From positions 27,067,197 through 27,131,196 of the forward strand of contig NC_068985.1 of the NCBI RefSeq assembly GCF_001194135.2: 64,000 bases of DNA. Reading direction: 5' to 3'. Below are positions 37,135 to 50,718 of this stretch, piece by piece (position 1 is the first letter of the stretch; the number at the start of each line of letters is the position of its first letter). The notes under the pieces were generated by a model. That model saw only the letters and a program-made list of their open reading frames with translations, was not told where the DNA came from and made no database searches. Position numbers and translations under genes: made by a program. This DNA is from Octopus bimaculoides (taxonomy: Eukaryota).

Positions 37135-38968
37135 TTGCAGTTATGCAGTTTGGTTTTGTGCCAGGGAGAAGCACCACTGATACTATGTTTCTGGCAAGGA
37201 AGCTGCAGGAGAAATACCTAGCCAAAGATAAACCTTTGTACTTGGCTTTTGTTGACATGGAAAGCCTTTAACAGGGTTCACTGATCCCTTATCAGGTGGT
37301 CAATGCAGAAACTAAGGCTAGATGTGTGGTTGGTGAGAGCTGTACAAACCATGTACAAGGATGCTGTTAGTAAAGTGAAGGTTGGCAATGAGCATAGTGG
37401 TGAATGCAGGATACAAGTAAGGGTTCACCAAAGATCAGTCTTCAGACCCTTCCTGTTCCTCATAGCCCTCCAGGCAATAACAGTCAAATTTAAGATGGGC
37501 TGCCCCTGGGAGCTCCTCTATGTTGATGACCTTGTTCTCAAAGCTGAATCACTTCCAGTACTAGAAAAGAAATTTCAGATATGGAAGCAAGGTCTATAAT
37601 CAAAGGGCCTTAGAATTAATCTAGCATGATCTTTGAATGTTGGGCCTCAAGGAGGTGATGACAAGTGACCGAGAGCTCTGGTGATATGCTGTGTGAGAAG
37701 ACTCATCAGTCTTAGTAAGTAGGAAAGCGAATAAATCACAAATTCCCTCAGGTAGATGGCCCTGCTTGATCTGTAGAAAAGACGTAGGTAGAAACTTCCT
37801 TAGATGTACCCAGTGTAAGCTATGGACACATAAAAGGTGTAGCAATATCAGAGGAAGGTTAACAAGGAAAATAGCTTTGTGCATGGAAGATGCACAGGTA
37901 CAATGAACACTACAAATGTACAGAAAGTAGACTCCATCACATGCCAGCAGGGTAAGCTAGAGGTAGTTGATAGCTTCTATTATCTATGTGACCAAGTCAG
38001 TAGTGGAGGTGGATGCTCTGAGAGTGTAGCTGCAAGACTAAGAATAGGCAAAGTTCAGAGAGCTCTTACCTCTGTTGGTAACAAAGGGCCTCTCCCTCAG
38101 AATGAAAGGCAGACTGTATGATACCTGTGTGAACAGCTATGCAACACAGCAGTGAAACATGGCCTGTGACTGCTGAGGACATGCATAGGCTTGAAAGAAA
38201 TGAAACTAGTATGCTTTGCTGGATGTGCAATGTCAGTATGCATGTATAACAGAGTGTTAGTGTCTTGAGAGAAAAGTTGAGCCTAAGAGGCTTCAGATGA
38301 GGTGTGCAAGAGAGACAACCACGCTGGTAAGGTTGTGTGATAGGTATGGACGAAGATAGCTGTGTAAAGAAGTGCCAATCTCAAACTGTGGAGGGAACCT
38401 GTGGAAGAGGTAGACCCAGGAAGTCATGGGATGAAGTGGTGAGGCATGATCTTTGAATGTTAGGCCTCAAGGAGGTGATGACAAGTGACCGAGAGCTCTG
38501 GTGATATGCTGTGTGAGAAGACTCATCAGGCCAAGTGAAATTGTAGTTGTGGCCATGCTGGTGTCTTGTAAATGACACCCATGAAAATTGGAGCCAAGCT
38601 GTTGCTGGTGTCTTTTAAATGGCACCTGTGAATTGTAGTTGTAGTTGTTGTTGCTGACAGTCCCATGTACATGGAACCTGTGAATTGTGGTTGTTGCTGG
38701 TGCCATGTAAATGGCACCCATGAATTGTAGTAGTTGTTGATGGTACCATATAAATGGAACCTATAAATCATAGTCATAGTTGTTGCCAGTGTCATGTAAA
38801 AGCACTCCATTCTGGAGTGGTTGGCATTAGGAAGGACATCCAGCTGTAGAAACCAGGTCAAATCAGACTGGAACCTGGTGCAGCTCTCTCGCTCATCAGC
38901 TCCAGTCAAACCGTCTAACCCATGCCACCATGGAGAGCAGACATTAAATGATGATGATGATGATGATG
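37135..38968 (+). mobile_element. 5'-truncated RTE-clade LINE: degenerate RT ORF plus 3' UTR and (GAT)n tail
   Basis: QFGFVPGRSTTD, LYLAFVD, GVHQ-like VRVHQRSVFRPFLF, ELLYVDDLVL, later ETWPVTAED and RGRPRKSWDE fragments; frameshifts and stops; tail gatgatgatg at 38950-38968. Confidence 0.9.
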
Positions 38969-39480
38969 TCAGATACAACATTTTCTGAGACCAGCCATGT
39001 ATTTATTATCAAATGTTTTTGAGGAGCTTTAAACTCTAGCATTCAGATTTCTTTGTTAAACGTATCGCTTATTTATTCACATTGCTTAAATTTATCACAT
39101 TATTTTGTAGTTTCAAGATTTCAATGGCGTGTTAGTATATTTTTAGAATGACATTGTAGGATAGGTACACGGGGCTGGATCAGGTCAGTTTTAACATAAA
39201 ACAGCATATTTTGACTGGATATGGCCGAATTAAATGCTAAGGGGTTAAAACAGAAAAGTTTAACTAAACAGACATTGTTTTATCTCACAATATGTACCAT
39301 ATCCTAACAAATAAGGAACAAAGCTAAAGTGAACCATCAAAACAATTCTATGAATTTGAGCAGAGGAGGACAACTGTTTCCATTCTGAAGTTGCGTGTTT
39401 CAAGTATGTCAACCTATGCAGTTGTGAATGGCTGTCAGCATTCCTAAGAAAACTTTATCAGAAATTACAACTGATTTTTT

Positions 39481-39830
39481 CATCATCATCGTCGTTAACG
39501 TCTGCTTTCCATGCTAGCATGGGTTGGACGATTTGACCGAGGACTGGTGAAACCAGATGGCTACACCAGGCTCCAATCTGATTTGGCAGAGTTTCTACAG
39601 CTGGATGCCCTTCCTAACGCCAACCACCCTGAGAGTGTAGTGGGTGTTTTACATGCCACCGGCACGAGGGCCAGTCAGGCGGAACTGGCGATGGCCACGC
39701 TCGAAATGGTGTGTTTTACGTGCCACCTGCACAGGAGCCAGCCCATCGGCACTGGCAACGATCTTGCTTGAATGTCTTTTCACATGCCACTGGCACAAGT
39801 CCCAGGGAGGCGACGTTGGTAATGTTAGAC
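39481..39830 (-). mobile_element. RTE LINE 3' UTR copy downstream of the HINFP stop
   Basis: catcatcatcgtcgttaacg...ctggatgcccttcctaacgcc. Confidence 0.85.
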
Positions 39831-40112
39831 AGTCGATATGAAGTTGTTTTCATGAATTGATATATCAAACACATTACAGCTGACTGAACATTTGTATACA
39901 TAAAATAAAAATCACAACAGCCACATGAACTTTTTTTTTTTTATACATAAGATTATTAACAGATGAGAAATATATACATTTTAGATAAGGCAGAAGGTAA
40001 TGTTCAAATTAGAAGCAGTGATATTTAAAGAATGCTAAAACATAAAACATCAGCATTCACAAAGTTACATACTGCGATTTGAATAAAAGCGATATGAAAG
40101 TGGAAAAAGGTT

Positions 40113-40437
40113 TCACTGAGTGACTTTCTCCATTTCAATGTCGTTGTCAGTGTTAATAAAACTATCTTTAGTCTTTACTGCATCCTCTTCAGCTACTTTG
40201 TCAGTGACAATATCCAGTTTATTAGGCGTATGAAGGGCTACGTCTCCTAACATCTCTAGATTGTATGTTGTACTGACTAATTCTGTGGTAGGTGCTGGAT
40301 CACAGCTTTCTGATGATGCCATCTCTTCAGAATTAGCGGTGGCATCAGCAACATTGACAATGACTTGTTCTATTAAGTTGACACTTTCGTAGCGTACAGT
40401 TTGCAGGCGCCAAAAACCGTCTTGGCTCATAGTGTAA
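40113..40437 (-). CDS. HINFP: HINFP coding exon 9 (to stop)
   Basis: poly-T cag|T TAC ACT ATG; [13 protein letters not shown] then acidic tail; TGA at 40115-40113. Confidence 0.93.
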
Positions 40438-43400
40438 CTGAAAAAAAAAAAAAATGTCATATTAAAAATACTTAATTATTATAACAGTGATAAAACAGTG
40501 ATAGTTTCTTTTATTATCATCAATAATAACACAAGTTTGAATTAAAAATCAAGAAAGGTGGGTGTATTCATCATCATCGTTTAACGTCCGCTTTCCATGC
40601 TAGCATGGGTTGGACGATTTGACTGAGGACTGGTGAAACCGGATGGCAACACCAGGCTCCAGTCTGATTTGGCAGAGTTTCTACAGCTGGATGCCCTTCC
40701 TAACGCCAACCACTCAGAGAGTGTAGTGGGTGCTTTTACGTGTCACCCGCACGAAAACGGCCACGCTCGAAATGGTGTCTTTTATGTGCCNNNNNNNNNN
40801 NNNNNNNNNNNNNNNNNNNNNNNNNNNNNNNNNNNNNNNNNNNNNNNNNNNNNNNNNNNNNNNNNNNNNNNNNNNNNNNNNNNNNNNNNNNNNNNNNNNN
40901 NNNNNNNNNNNNNNNNNNNNNNNNNNNNNNNNNNNNNNNNNNNNNNNNNNNNNNNNNNNNNNNNNNNNNNNNNNNNNNNNNNNNNNNNNNNNNNNNNNNN
41001 NNNNNNNNNNNNNNNNNNNNNNNNNNNNNNNNNNNNNNNNNNNNNNNNNNNNNNNNNNNNNNNNNNNNNNNNNNNNNNNNNNNNNNNNNNNNNNNNNNNN
41101 NNNNNNNNNNNNNNNNNNNNNNNNNNNNNNNNNNNNNCACGCAGCTATCCTCCTCCATTCTCACCACATGTCCATACCAGCGCAATCGTCTCTCTTGCAC
41201 GCCACAACTGATGCTTCTAATGTTCAGCTTTTCTCTCAAGATACTTACACTCTGACGGGTATTCACATTGACATTACACATCCAACGGAGCATACTGGCT
41301 TCATTCCTTGCGAGCTTACGTATGTCCTCAGCAGTTACAGCCCATGTTTCACTGCCATGTAGCATGGTTGTTCGTACGCATGCGTCATACAGTCTGCCTT
41401 TTACTCTGAGTGAGAGTCCCTTTGTCGCCAGCAGGGGTAAGAGCTCTCTAAACTTTGCCCTTCGAAATATATATTCTGGTTATGGCAATGTTATACCAAA
41501 ACATTTAAATCCTTCATTAGGTAAATCAACTACAACGTTTTAGCAGGCTAAGACAACAAACTATCATAGGAAGAGCCAGTAGGTTACACCTTGATAATTT
41601 GCCTATATCTCAATGCCTCAGTATACTTAGCTGTAAATAAGCATTACAAGAGGTACTGGTCATAGGTGCAGACATGACTGTGGGGTTAAGAAGTTCACTT
41701 CCCAACCATATGGTTTTGAGTTCAATCTCACAGTGCGGCACGTCTTTCACTATAGCCCCAGGCCAACCAAAGCTTTGTGAGTAGATTCAGTAGACAGAAA
41801 CTGAAAGAAGCCCATTTTGTGTGTGTGTGTGTTTTTGTGTGAGTTTATATTTCCTCATCTACATATGCATTCATTTGCTGATTGTAGACAATAGTTTTAC
41901 TGATGGTTGCATTTGCTTGAAATCCACCATGAAAGCATATTCAAGTTTCTTGACATGTTGCATAACCTTTGTAAACATGGTGTTGTTTGTTTTCAATCCT
42001 CCATGAAAACACACCTGGGTTATTTGTAGTTTGATACATTGAGAGATTGTCATCTCGCTTGGAAATGTGGGGGTTGGCAACTGGAAGGGCATCCAGCCAT
42101 AGAAAATTCTACATTAACATACACTTTGTTTAATCCATTCATACAAGTATGAAAAAGTTGACATTAAAACATTGATGATGGTGACTGGTCATCACTGGAA
42201 GTAGCAAATAGCAATGTATTAGTGAGGATTCAAAAGCCTACAGTGCTACAAAAGTTGCACCAGTATACCTTTTTTTTTTCAAGAGGATGGATGTTTCTTA
42301 ACTTGAATTTATTAAGGCAAGGAATAAATGAGAGAGAAAAAAAAAAAGAAAAAAAAATTTCTCTCACTCTCATATTGAACAAAAAATGAAATGTTAGTGA
42401 ATATATTTAACATATAATTCTGCTGTGGATGCATTTATTGTTGTTCATGAAATCATCTTTCAATTTAACCTGCTGGTTTAATATTACCACTCGATCTTTC
42501 AATAATCTAGCTGAAGAGTTCACTTTGTCCATACCTCAGTTCTTTTCCTATTCATCTTCACACATATTTTGAAATGGTCTAACTAAGAACAGCTTTCAAT
42601 AAAAACAGAGATGCGCTAGTCAAATTCTTGTATGAAATAATTAGCTTGACAAAGCTAGGTTTTCAAAGCCCTTGAATTACTTGTTTTTTGCATTACAGCT
42701 ATAAAGCAGCCAATCAAAAGTGTAGTTTATAACAACAAAATTATGAATTATGTCTAGTATTTCTCATTCCAAAGCAAGATGCATTATCTCCTTCAACCTG
42801 GAAGCAGACATTACTCAACATGCTTACTTCAGGAATTTATATTTAAATACCTAAATTGATGAGTGAGATAGAGTAAAAAATGCAAATTATATTTTAAAAA
42901 CATAATTACCGAAATCTTGAATAACCAGATGGAAGTTTGTATTTGTGTGTCTTTTTAAGATGCTTCGTAAGTAGAGACCCTCTTGTGAAAAAAGCTTCAC
43001 AAATATGACAAGCAAAACGATGAGTGTCGATACCCTGAAATAAAAAATTAAACCATTAAGATTTCAAAATAATTAAGTTATCATTGCAGTTCCTCTTTTA
43101 CTGGCAAGAGGTTGTAGTGATTACTTCATGCTTATGGTAAATGATTCATTATAAATTATGCTACATCATTATTTTGTTACATGACAGGTAATGGTTTAAT
43201 TACCAACCAATGAGTGAGAAGTGTTCCTTTACCTTCCCTGGCATTCTCAACCATACAATTGATTTCCTTCATTTTCTAACTTGTTTTCAAAATGAAGATA
43301 TATAAAACTCGCTGCAAGGCAGGCGCACAGTAGGAGAGATCTTCAGAGGAAGAACTCCTATCTAATAAGTGTTTTGGCCCTTATACCTGACATTCTATGG

Positions 43401-46400
43401 GAGAAGAGCCCACTCAGGTCATGACTCCTAGGTATCCTCCTGCTGCTCTCCAGCAGGATTTAAACCCGGGTCATTCTTTTGTTCCCAGGACTGTGTTTCT
43501 GCCCACTAAGGTACCCTGATGAAGGAACCAGTTCCCTTCTTCCTTCTATTCATGTAAATAACCAATGAACCTAATATATGTTTTCAAAACGAAATATATT
43601 AGCTCAGTCATGACTTCATACACACACAGTTTATTCAGACTAATTTGTGTGGATACATGTACATTAAGACGAGGTGGGGGTGAATCATTTTAAAACTTAG
43701 AGTAAAATATTTCAGAAGCACTTCTCTAATAGATCAGTTTTCACTAAGACTATCTTCTACGAGTCATTTCATGAACACAGAATAACCTTTTTTGACTACA
43801 TTGGCTTGCTAAGGTAGAATTTATCATTTAATCTGAAATAACATTTTTTATACCATCTACAGTTTTTTTGCCAGTCACACAGATCACAGTCAATGCAAGG
43901 GGCAGCTACAGAATATATTTTCTCCTGCTTTTATCACCATTGTCATCTTCATTTCTTCTATAATTTACTAGCTGGTATAATGCCACAAGCTGGTTCTTTA
44001 GCAGTCTAGTTTCATAATTAGAGAAAGTTACAGATAAAATTATGTTGGATGAATAGAAATACATACAAATACACACTCAGTTCCCTCATGTTAACAGTGG
44101 AATAAAAAAAAAAATCTCAAACTAATGACCAGAGAATACATATCTGACATTGAATTAACTTCATATTCTGGACAGAATGAGATCCAGAGTAAAAAGACTT
44201 GTTTAAATTTGCCTTAGCAAGGCTTGGACTTCCATCATCAGGAAATAAAAAAGTGTTCATATAGTTTTCATAAAGTGTACCTAATACTTTGTTTCAGCAA
44301 GCAAATTAAAAAAAAACAACAGGAGACTGACCTGATGTGTTTTTTGGTAATGAGAAGCCAAGCATTGGTAAAGACGAGTCACAAAACAACATCCTTTTAC
44401 ATGGCACATAATGGTGTTTTCTGAATGAGTCTCCATGTGGCGCCTTAGATCTGAAGGTGTTTTACTCCTAAGAGTCAAACAAAATATAATCATTAAATGT
44501 GTTTTATTTTTAAATCAAAATATTACAAGTGATGTACTCTTAGCACAGAATTAGTCAAGAAGGAAGATAATACAATAAAGAATTTGAATCTGTTGAACTT
44601 GATGCAATAAATTACTATAAGTAATATAAATGATCTTATTGATGACAGAAATAGTTTTGAGAAGAAATTTCAACTTTTGTTCAGTTTAGATATAAGATAC
44701 AGAAAGAGAATATAAAATATATTCATAAATATAAAATCTGTTTTACTATAAAGTGAACTTGCAGTTAATGCATAAGTGAGATATAGACAAAAATAAAGAG
44801 AAAGATATGTTGAGACAACATGAGAAACTAAGTAGGTTGTAATAACAAACAAGATCAACATAAAATTTGCTTTACTGTGAAGTAAATTTAGAACTGTGTA
44901 TGTGAGATTTAGAAAAACAGATATTAAAACACATTCTTTTTCCTCCGTCCATCCATCTTTATCATTCACTTATTCTAGTGAAGATTGTGGAGCATACTCC
45001 GTAGAATATCATATCAGAAATAACTGTCAACAAATGATCTGGCTGGGACTCCAAGCAAGACCAACCAAGGCTACGGATATTATCAAATCATCTTGCTTGT
45101 AGTCTCCCTCAAGGTCACCTTTGCCTGTAAAATCTGTCCTGTGACCTCACACTGCAGAGAATTAGTGGCATAGATCACTTGATATGGAAAAGAGTGATTG
45201 AAGCAAATAGTAACCAGGATCTAAATGTAAATTGAGAGACTACCGGATTTCTGTTCTGGAAGTGGGCTCTCTGTCATAAACATTTTCCTTCCAACACAGA
45301 GATATCTCTCAGTATACATGGCATAAATACTTTGGAAGAGAAATCAGTTATCAAAATTTTCATCATCTCTGATTGCTGTTCTTAATCCACTGACTGGCTC
45401 CTGTGCCGATGGCACATAAAAAGCACCATCTGAACGTGATTGTTGCCAGGCCCACCTTACTGGCTCCTGTGCCAGTGGCATGTAAAAAGCACCCACTACA
45501 CTCTTGGAGTAGTTGGCATTAGGAAGGGCATCCAACTGTAGAAACTCAGCCAGACCAGATTGGAGCCTGGTGCATCTGCTGGCTCTCCAAACCTCAGTCA
45601 AACCGTCCAGCATGGAAAATGGACGTTAATCGATGATGATGATGATGATTGACTCCACAAATTATACTAAAACGAAATGACAAAATTAACAAAATTGCTC
45701 ACCTGTAGTCACATTCAAGGCAGTTATACTGCCGTTCACTTGTATGCTTGTATCGAAGATGATTTCTAAGACCATGTGGGTTTGGGCATGTCATATCACA
45801 TAATGGGCACTTGTAACAGTTCACTAACAGAAGAAAACATCAGATGATTATCTTTATATTAAAATGAAAGGATGATTTTTTTTCAAGAATATGTGCTTTT
45901 TTTATGTATTGAGCCGGTACACAAATGCTCCTAAATAGAAGTACAAGTCAGAAAATGGGGAGACATCATGACTAATATTTGGTGGATTAGATGTCACAGC
46001 ACGCGAGATTTATATGGTTTCATTGAAACACCAAAAATTCAAACTTTTGCTGTAATTTTACTAACTTAGGTTTTATTACAATTTGCCACATGTATTATTG
46101 GCAAAAAAAACCTTTGAAGTATTGGACACCAACTGAGATGCAGATATAGTTTTACAAGATTTTAAACACTCATATTCATATCTTAGCTCTTAAAATTGGC
46201 TCTGTCTTCTTTAGTGTTGAAATATCAATAAACTTTGTCTTCAAAGAGTTAAATAAACAACATTTCACATTTCAATACATTAAAATACAAATTCATTATG
46301 ATCACTTAAAGTGGATGAAACTCGTGGAAGAGGGAAACCTAGGAAGACATGGGACAAAGTACTAAAAGCCAATCTCAAGACACTGAGTCTTATGAAGGAG

Positions 46401-49400
46401 ATTACAAAGGACTAAGACATCTGGCACCTTGCTGTATTCAAGAGCTGTCCACCACAGCAAAATCGATACTGGTGCTGATGCCACATAAAAAGCACTGGTG
46501 CTGGTGCCATGTAAAAAGCACCCAGTACACTCTGAATAGTGGTTGGTATTAGGAAGGACATCCATCTGCAGAAACCATGCCAGAACAGACAATGGAACCT
46601 GATGCAACCCCCAGATTTTCCAGCTCTGGTCAGACTGTCCAACCCATGCCAGCATGGAAAATGGATGTTAAATAATAATGATTGTTGATTAATTTAATGT
46701 TTTAACAATAAATTGCCCTTTGTATCACCAACCATTTTGCATTATGAATTATGTATATCTAGACTAAATGGTCCCCTCTATTAGTATTTTTTTTAAATTC
46801 AGAATTACTGTTCTCTTATATGTTGCCAGGACAACAGCATGTGGAGTCTAATCCATCATTGTTTATTAATCCCTTGCCCAACATGTTTTTAAAAGCTGGG
46901 TGCCATCCTATCAGCAACAAATCATCATGAGCTGAGTACATTTTATCTTGCCAGAGGCACTAAAGATGTTGCCTGCTGTAAGACTACAAGATCTTCCCTA
47001 CTCTGTAGAGTTTTTATTCAGAGGTACTGTTCGGCTAGACAGAGTTATTGTCCTCTTGTAGCTTACAGAGTCCACACAACTTCATGTATTCTAGATAACA
47101 CTTGGTAAGAAATTCGAGTTTATTGTTTTGGTTTCAGCTCTCTGTAAATAGTCATGACAATTCAGCTACACTACTAATCAATAAAATCATGAATGACATA
47201 TATATATATATTTGCATCCCTATAAGTATCATGTCTTCAATCTATGTAAAAAAAAAAAAAAAAGACATTTTATGCACAATTAACAATTTTAATTAATGAT
47301 TATGACTGTAGGCATAGGCATGGCAAGAAGTTAATTTCCAACCACATGCTTCTGGGTTCATTCCTACTACTTGACCACTGGTGATGGTTTGTTTACGCCC
47401 CCATAACTTAGCAGTTTGGCAAAAAGGTGCAATAGAATAAGTACCGGGTTCAATTCGTGTGACTAGACTTAAAAATGGTGCCCCAGCATGGCCACAGTCT
47501 AATGACAGAAACAAGTAAAAAATAAAAGATTTTAAACTATAATAAAGCAGTAAAAGGTAAGAATAATCCAAAATTTAAAAACCTCTTACCATGGATCCGA
47601 ACATGATCTCGCATTAATCTTTCGGTTTGGAATTTCTTGTTACAATATGAACACTGGTAACACTGAACTGGAAAAGACAACAGAAAGATTGCAGAAATAA
47701 AGTGAAATTTTAAAATTTACATCTTTTTAAGTAACTATTTAAAAAATCAATCATGATGTAAGATGATTTCTGAAATAAAAACGACAAGATTATTACACCT
47801 GTGGTAATAAGCACAGGTGACTGTGTGCTAAGAAGTTTGCTTCCCAACTACAGGGTTCAGAGTTCAGTTCCACTGCGTGGCACATTGGACAAGCAGCTTC
47901 TACTCTCCTACTATAGTCCTGAGCTGATCAAAGCCTTATGAGTGGATTCCATAGATAGAAACTGAAAAAAGCTTATACAGTTCTATATTTAAGAGATGAG
48001 GAATTATGTACATTATTTACATTTGACAGATATTTGTCCTCATCTTGTTTGTTGTTAACACAACGTTTCGGCTGATATACCCTCCAGCGTTCTTCAGGTG
48101 TCTTGGGGAAATTTTGAACCTGGGTTCTCATTCCTAAGATATTTTTCAATGTTACTATTATTATTATTGCTATTGTTCAGGTCACTGCTTGGAATAGAAT
48201 TCGGAATCTTGGGGTTAATAGCCCACGCTCTTAACCCCAAGATTTCGAGTTCGATTCCAAGCAGTGACCTGAACAATAACAATAATAATAACATTGAAAA
48301 ATACCTTAGGAATGAAAATTCAGGTTCGAAATTTCCCCAAGAGACCTGAAGAAGGCTGGAGGGTATATCAGCCGAAACACTGTGTTAACAACAAACAAGA
48401 TGAGAACAAATATCCGTCGAATGTAAATAATGGAAAAAGCTTGTCTATATATAGATGTTTGCATGTCTTACTGTCTCCTTGACTTGATATTGGGTGCTAG
48501 TTGTAAACAAGTATTAACATCATTCAAGCAGTGTCCTTTGTTTCCAATCTTCTGTGAAAACATGTTTGGTCATGGGTAATATTACCATACTTGGAAACAG
48601 TTGGAGTTGGCAATAGGAAGGGGTTCTGGCCATAGAAAACTCTGCCTCAGCAAAATTCTGTCTGACCCATGCAAGCATAGGAAAGTGGATGTAAAAAGAA
48701 TGATGATGATGTGTAAAGTGTTGCCATGTTGAATCACCAATGTGGAAATATTTAGAAGGACTAGTGCTATCTATGCTATAACATCTATGCCAGTAATAAT
48801 TATCCTTATAAGGGACTAATGGAAATGCTGAGAAAGTTGAGGTAGCTAGGTTTAATATTGAAAATGAATAATCTTTTCTACTCTAGGTACAAGGCTCGAA
48901 ATTTTTGGGGAGGGGGCCAGTCGATTAGATCCACCCCAGTACGCAACTGGTACTTAATTTATTGATCCTGAAAGGATGAAAGGCAAAAATCGACCTCGGC
49001 AGAATTTGAACTCAGAATGTAAAGACAGATGAAATACCACTAAGCATTTCACCCGGCATGCTAACATTTCTGCCAGCTCGCCGCCTTTTTGAGAATGAAT
49101 AATGTAAAGATACCTAAAGAGACAGTGGAGTCTCATGGAAAAACAAGTGCTGGGATGTTCTAAGCTGACATAACAAAAATTTATTAAAAAAAAAAAAAAG
49201 AAAACTGTAAATTGTAAGAAAGATGCCTAGAGTAATACGAAACAGAAAAGATACACAGCAGGATGGACTAATATGCAGTACAGCACAGGAGAGATTAAGG
49301 CAGGAGTCAGCAACACACGGCTTACGAGAACTGATGTCCAATGAGTTGTTTTCGAATACAATAAAAGGCCTGCTGTTACGTTTTACTGACTTTCATCTGC

Positions 49401-50676
49401 ATGCAAATCAGTTTAAATTGTTTGCTACACCATTTGATGTGGAGGTGGAGACATTATCAGAATGTTTTCAAATGGAATTGATTGATATGCAATGTAATGA
49501 CTTATTAAGATCTAAATTTCATTCTGAAGATGTTTCATTGATTGACTTCTATGCAAAATATATTTTTCCAAGTGGGAAGTATACTAACTTAATGAATCAT
49601 GCAAAAAGACAGCATCTTTGTTTGGAAGCACCTATCAGTATGAGCAATTATTTTCCAAATTGAAACAAACTAAGAACAATTTGAGAACAAGATTAACTGA
49701 TAATCATCTTGACAATATCTTGCTCTTGGCATCAACAAGTCTGAAGCCTAATATTGAGAAGCTTTCAAGGAACAAAAAACATCAAGTTTCCCATTAATTT
49801 TTTGGCTGCTATGTATTTTTGAGATGTCTTTTAAACAAATGATTCCAAAGATGTCTTAAATTGAATAAATGATATTTTTCCATTACTACATTCATCTGTA
49901 GTTTATACAAATTATTTTCAAGTAGAGTCAACACTCTTGATTAAATTTTAGCTTGTGTAATTTTCCATAATTATTCTTTTATGGCCTTTGTCTGGCCTGC
50001 TATTCATCATTAATACTCGATTTGGCCCACAGAGGCAAAGAAGTTGCCAACCCTAGCACAAAAAATATACTATGTAAAAAAAAGTTAAAAATCTGACTAA
50101 TTTACACAACATACAACAGTAATTTATTCTAATTAAAATAATTCATTTCCACTTGGAGATGATTATGACAGCAAACATGAAAGATTGCGCAATATGAAAA
50201 TGGGTTTGAAAACTTTTGACTACATAGACTGTAATTCACAGGATGTGATAAATAACAGTAATCCAGAAAATAATTTCTTCAATATCAACAGCTGCTGGTA
50301 TTACACAAATTATCAGTTTAACATGAAGGTCAAGACATATTAAACATCAATAATCCACTTAAACAGCAAAAAAGTTTATATGCCAACTTCTTAAAATATC
50401 AAATAACAGTCAGTTTGAGAAACCATTCAACATAATAGTTTTATTAGAGACATGAATCAATCTTGGGAAGAATAGAGTCACTGAGCTGAGTGAGTATGAA
50501 CTGAATAAAGTAAACAGAAAGTAGAAGAAAGGAAAGGGTGCAACTTTGTGCATGGACAAAGACTTCAGTTACAAGATAGAAAACATGACAACAGCTATTG
50601 ATGATATGCTTTAAAATATTAGAATAGAAACCTATAGAAAAAAACAGAAAAATTTAATTGTGTGCTCTCGCCCTCT

Positions 50677-50718
<42 letters not shown>

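Noticed and set aside
38545-38805. CRISPR-like repeat-spacer appearance
   Set aside because: Degenerate tandem units within a LINE 3' UTR in a eukaryote; no unique spacers, no cas genes.
49223-49663. Host GTF2IRD2/EPM2AIP1-like gene
   Set aside because: Frameshifted, 5'-truncated, followed by a TIR-like end and located antisense within a HINFP intron; a transposon remnant.
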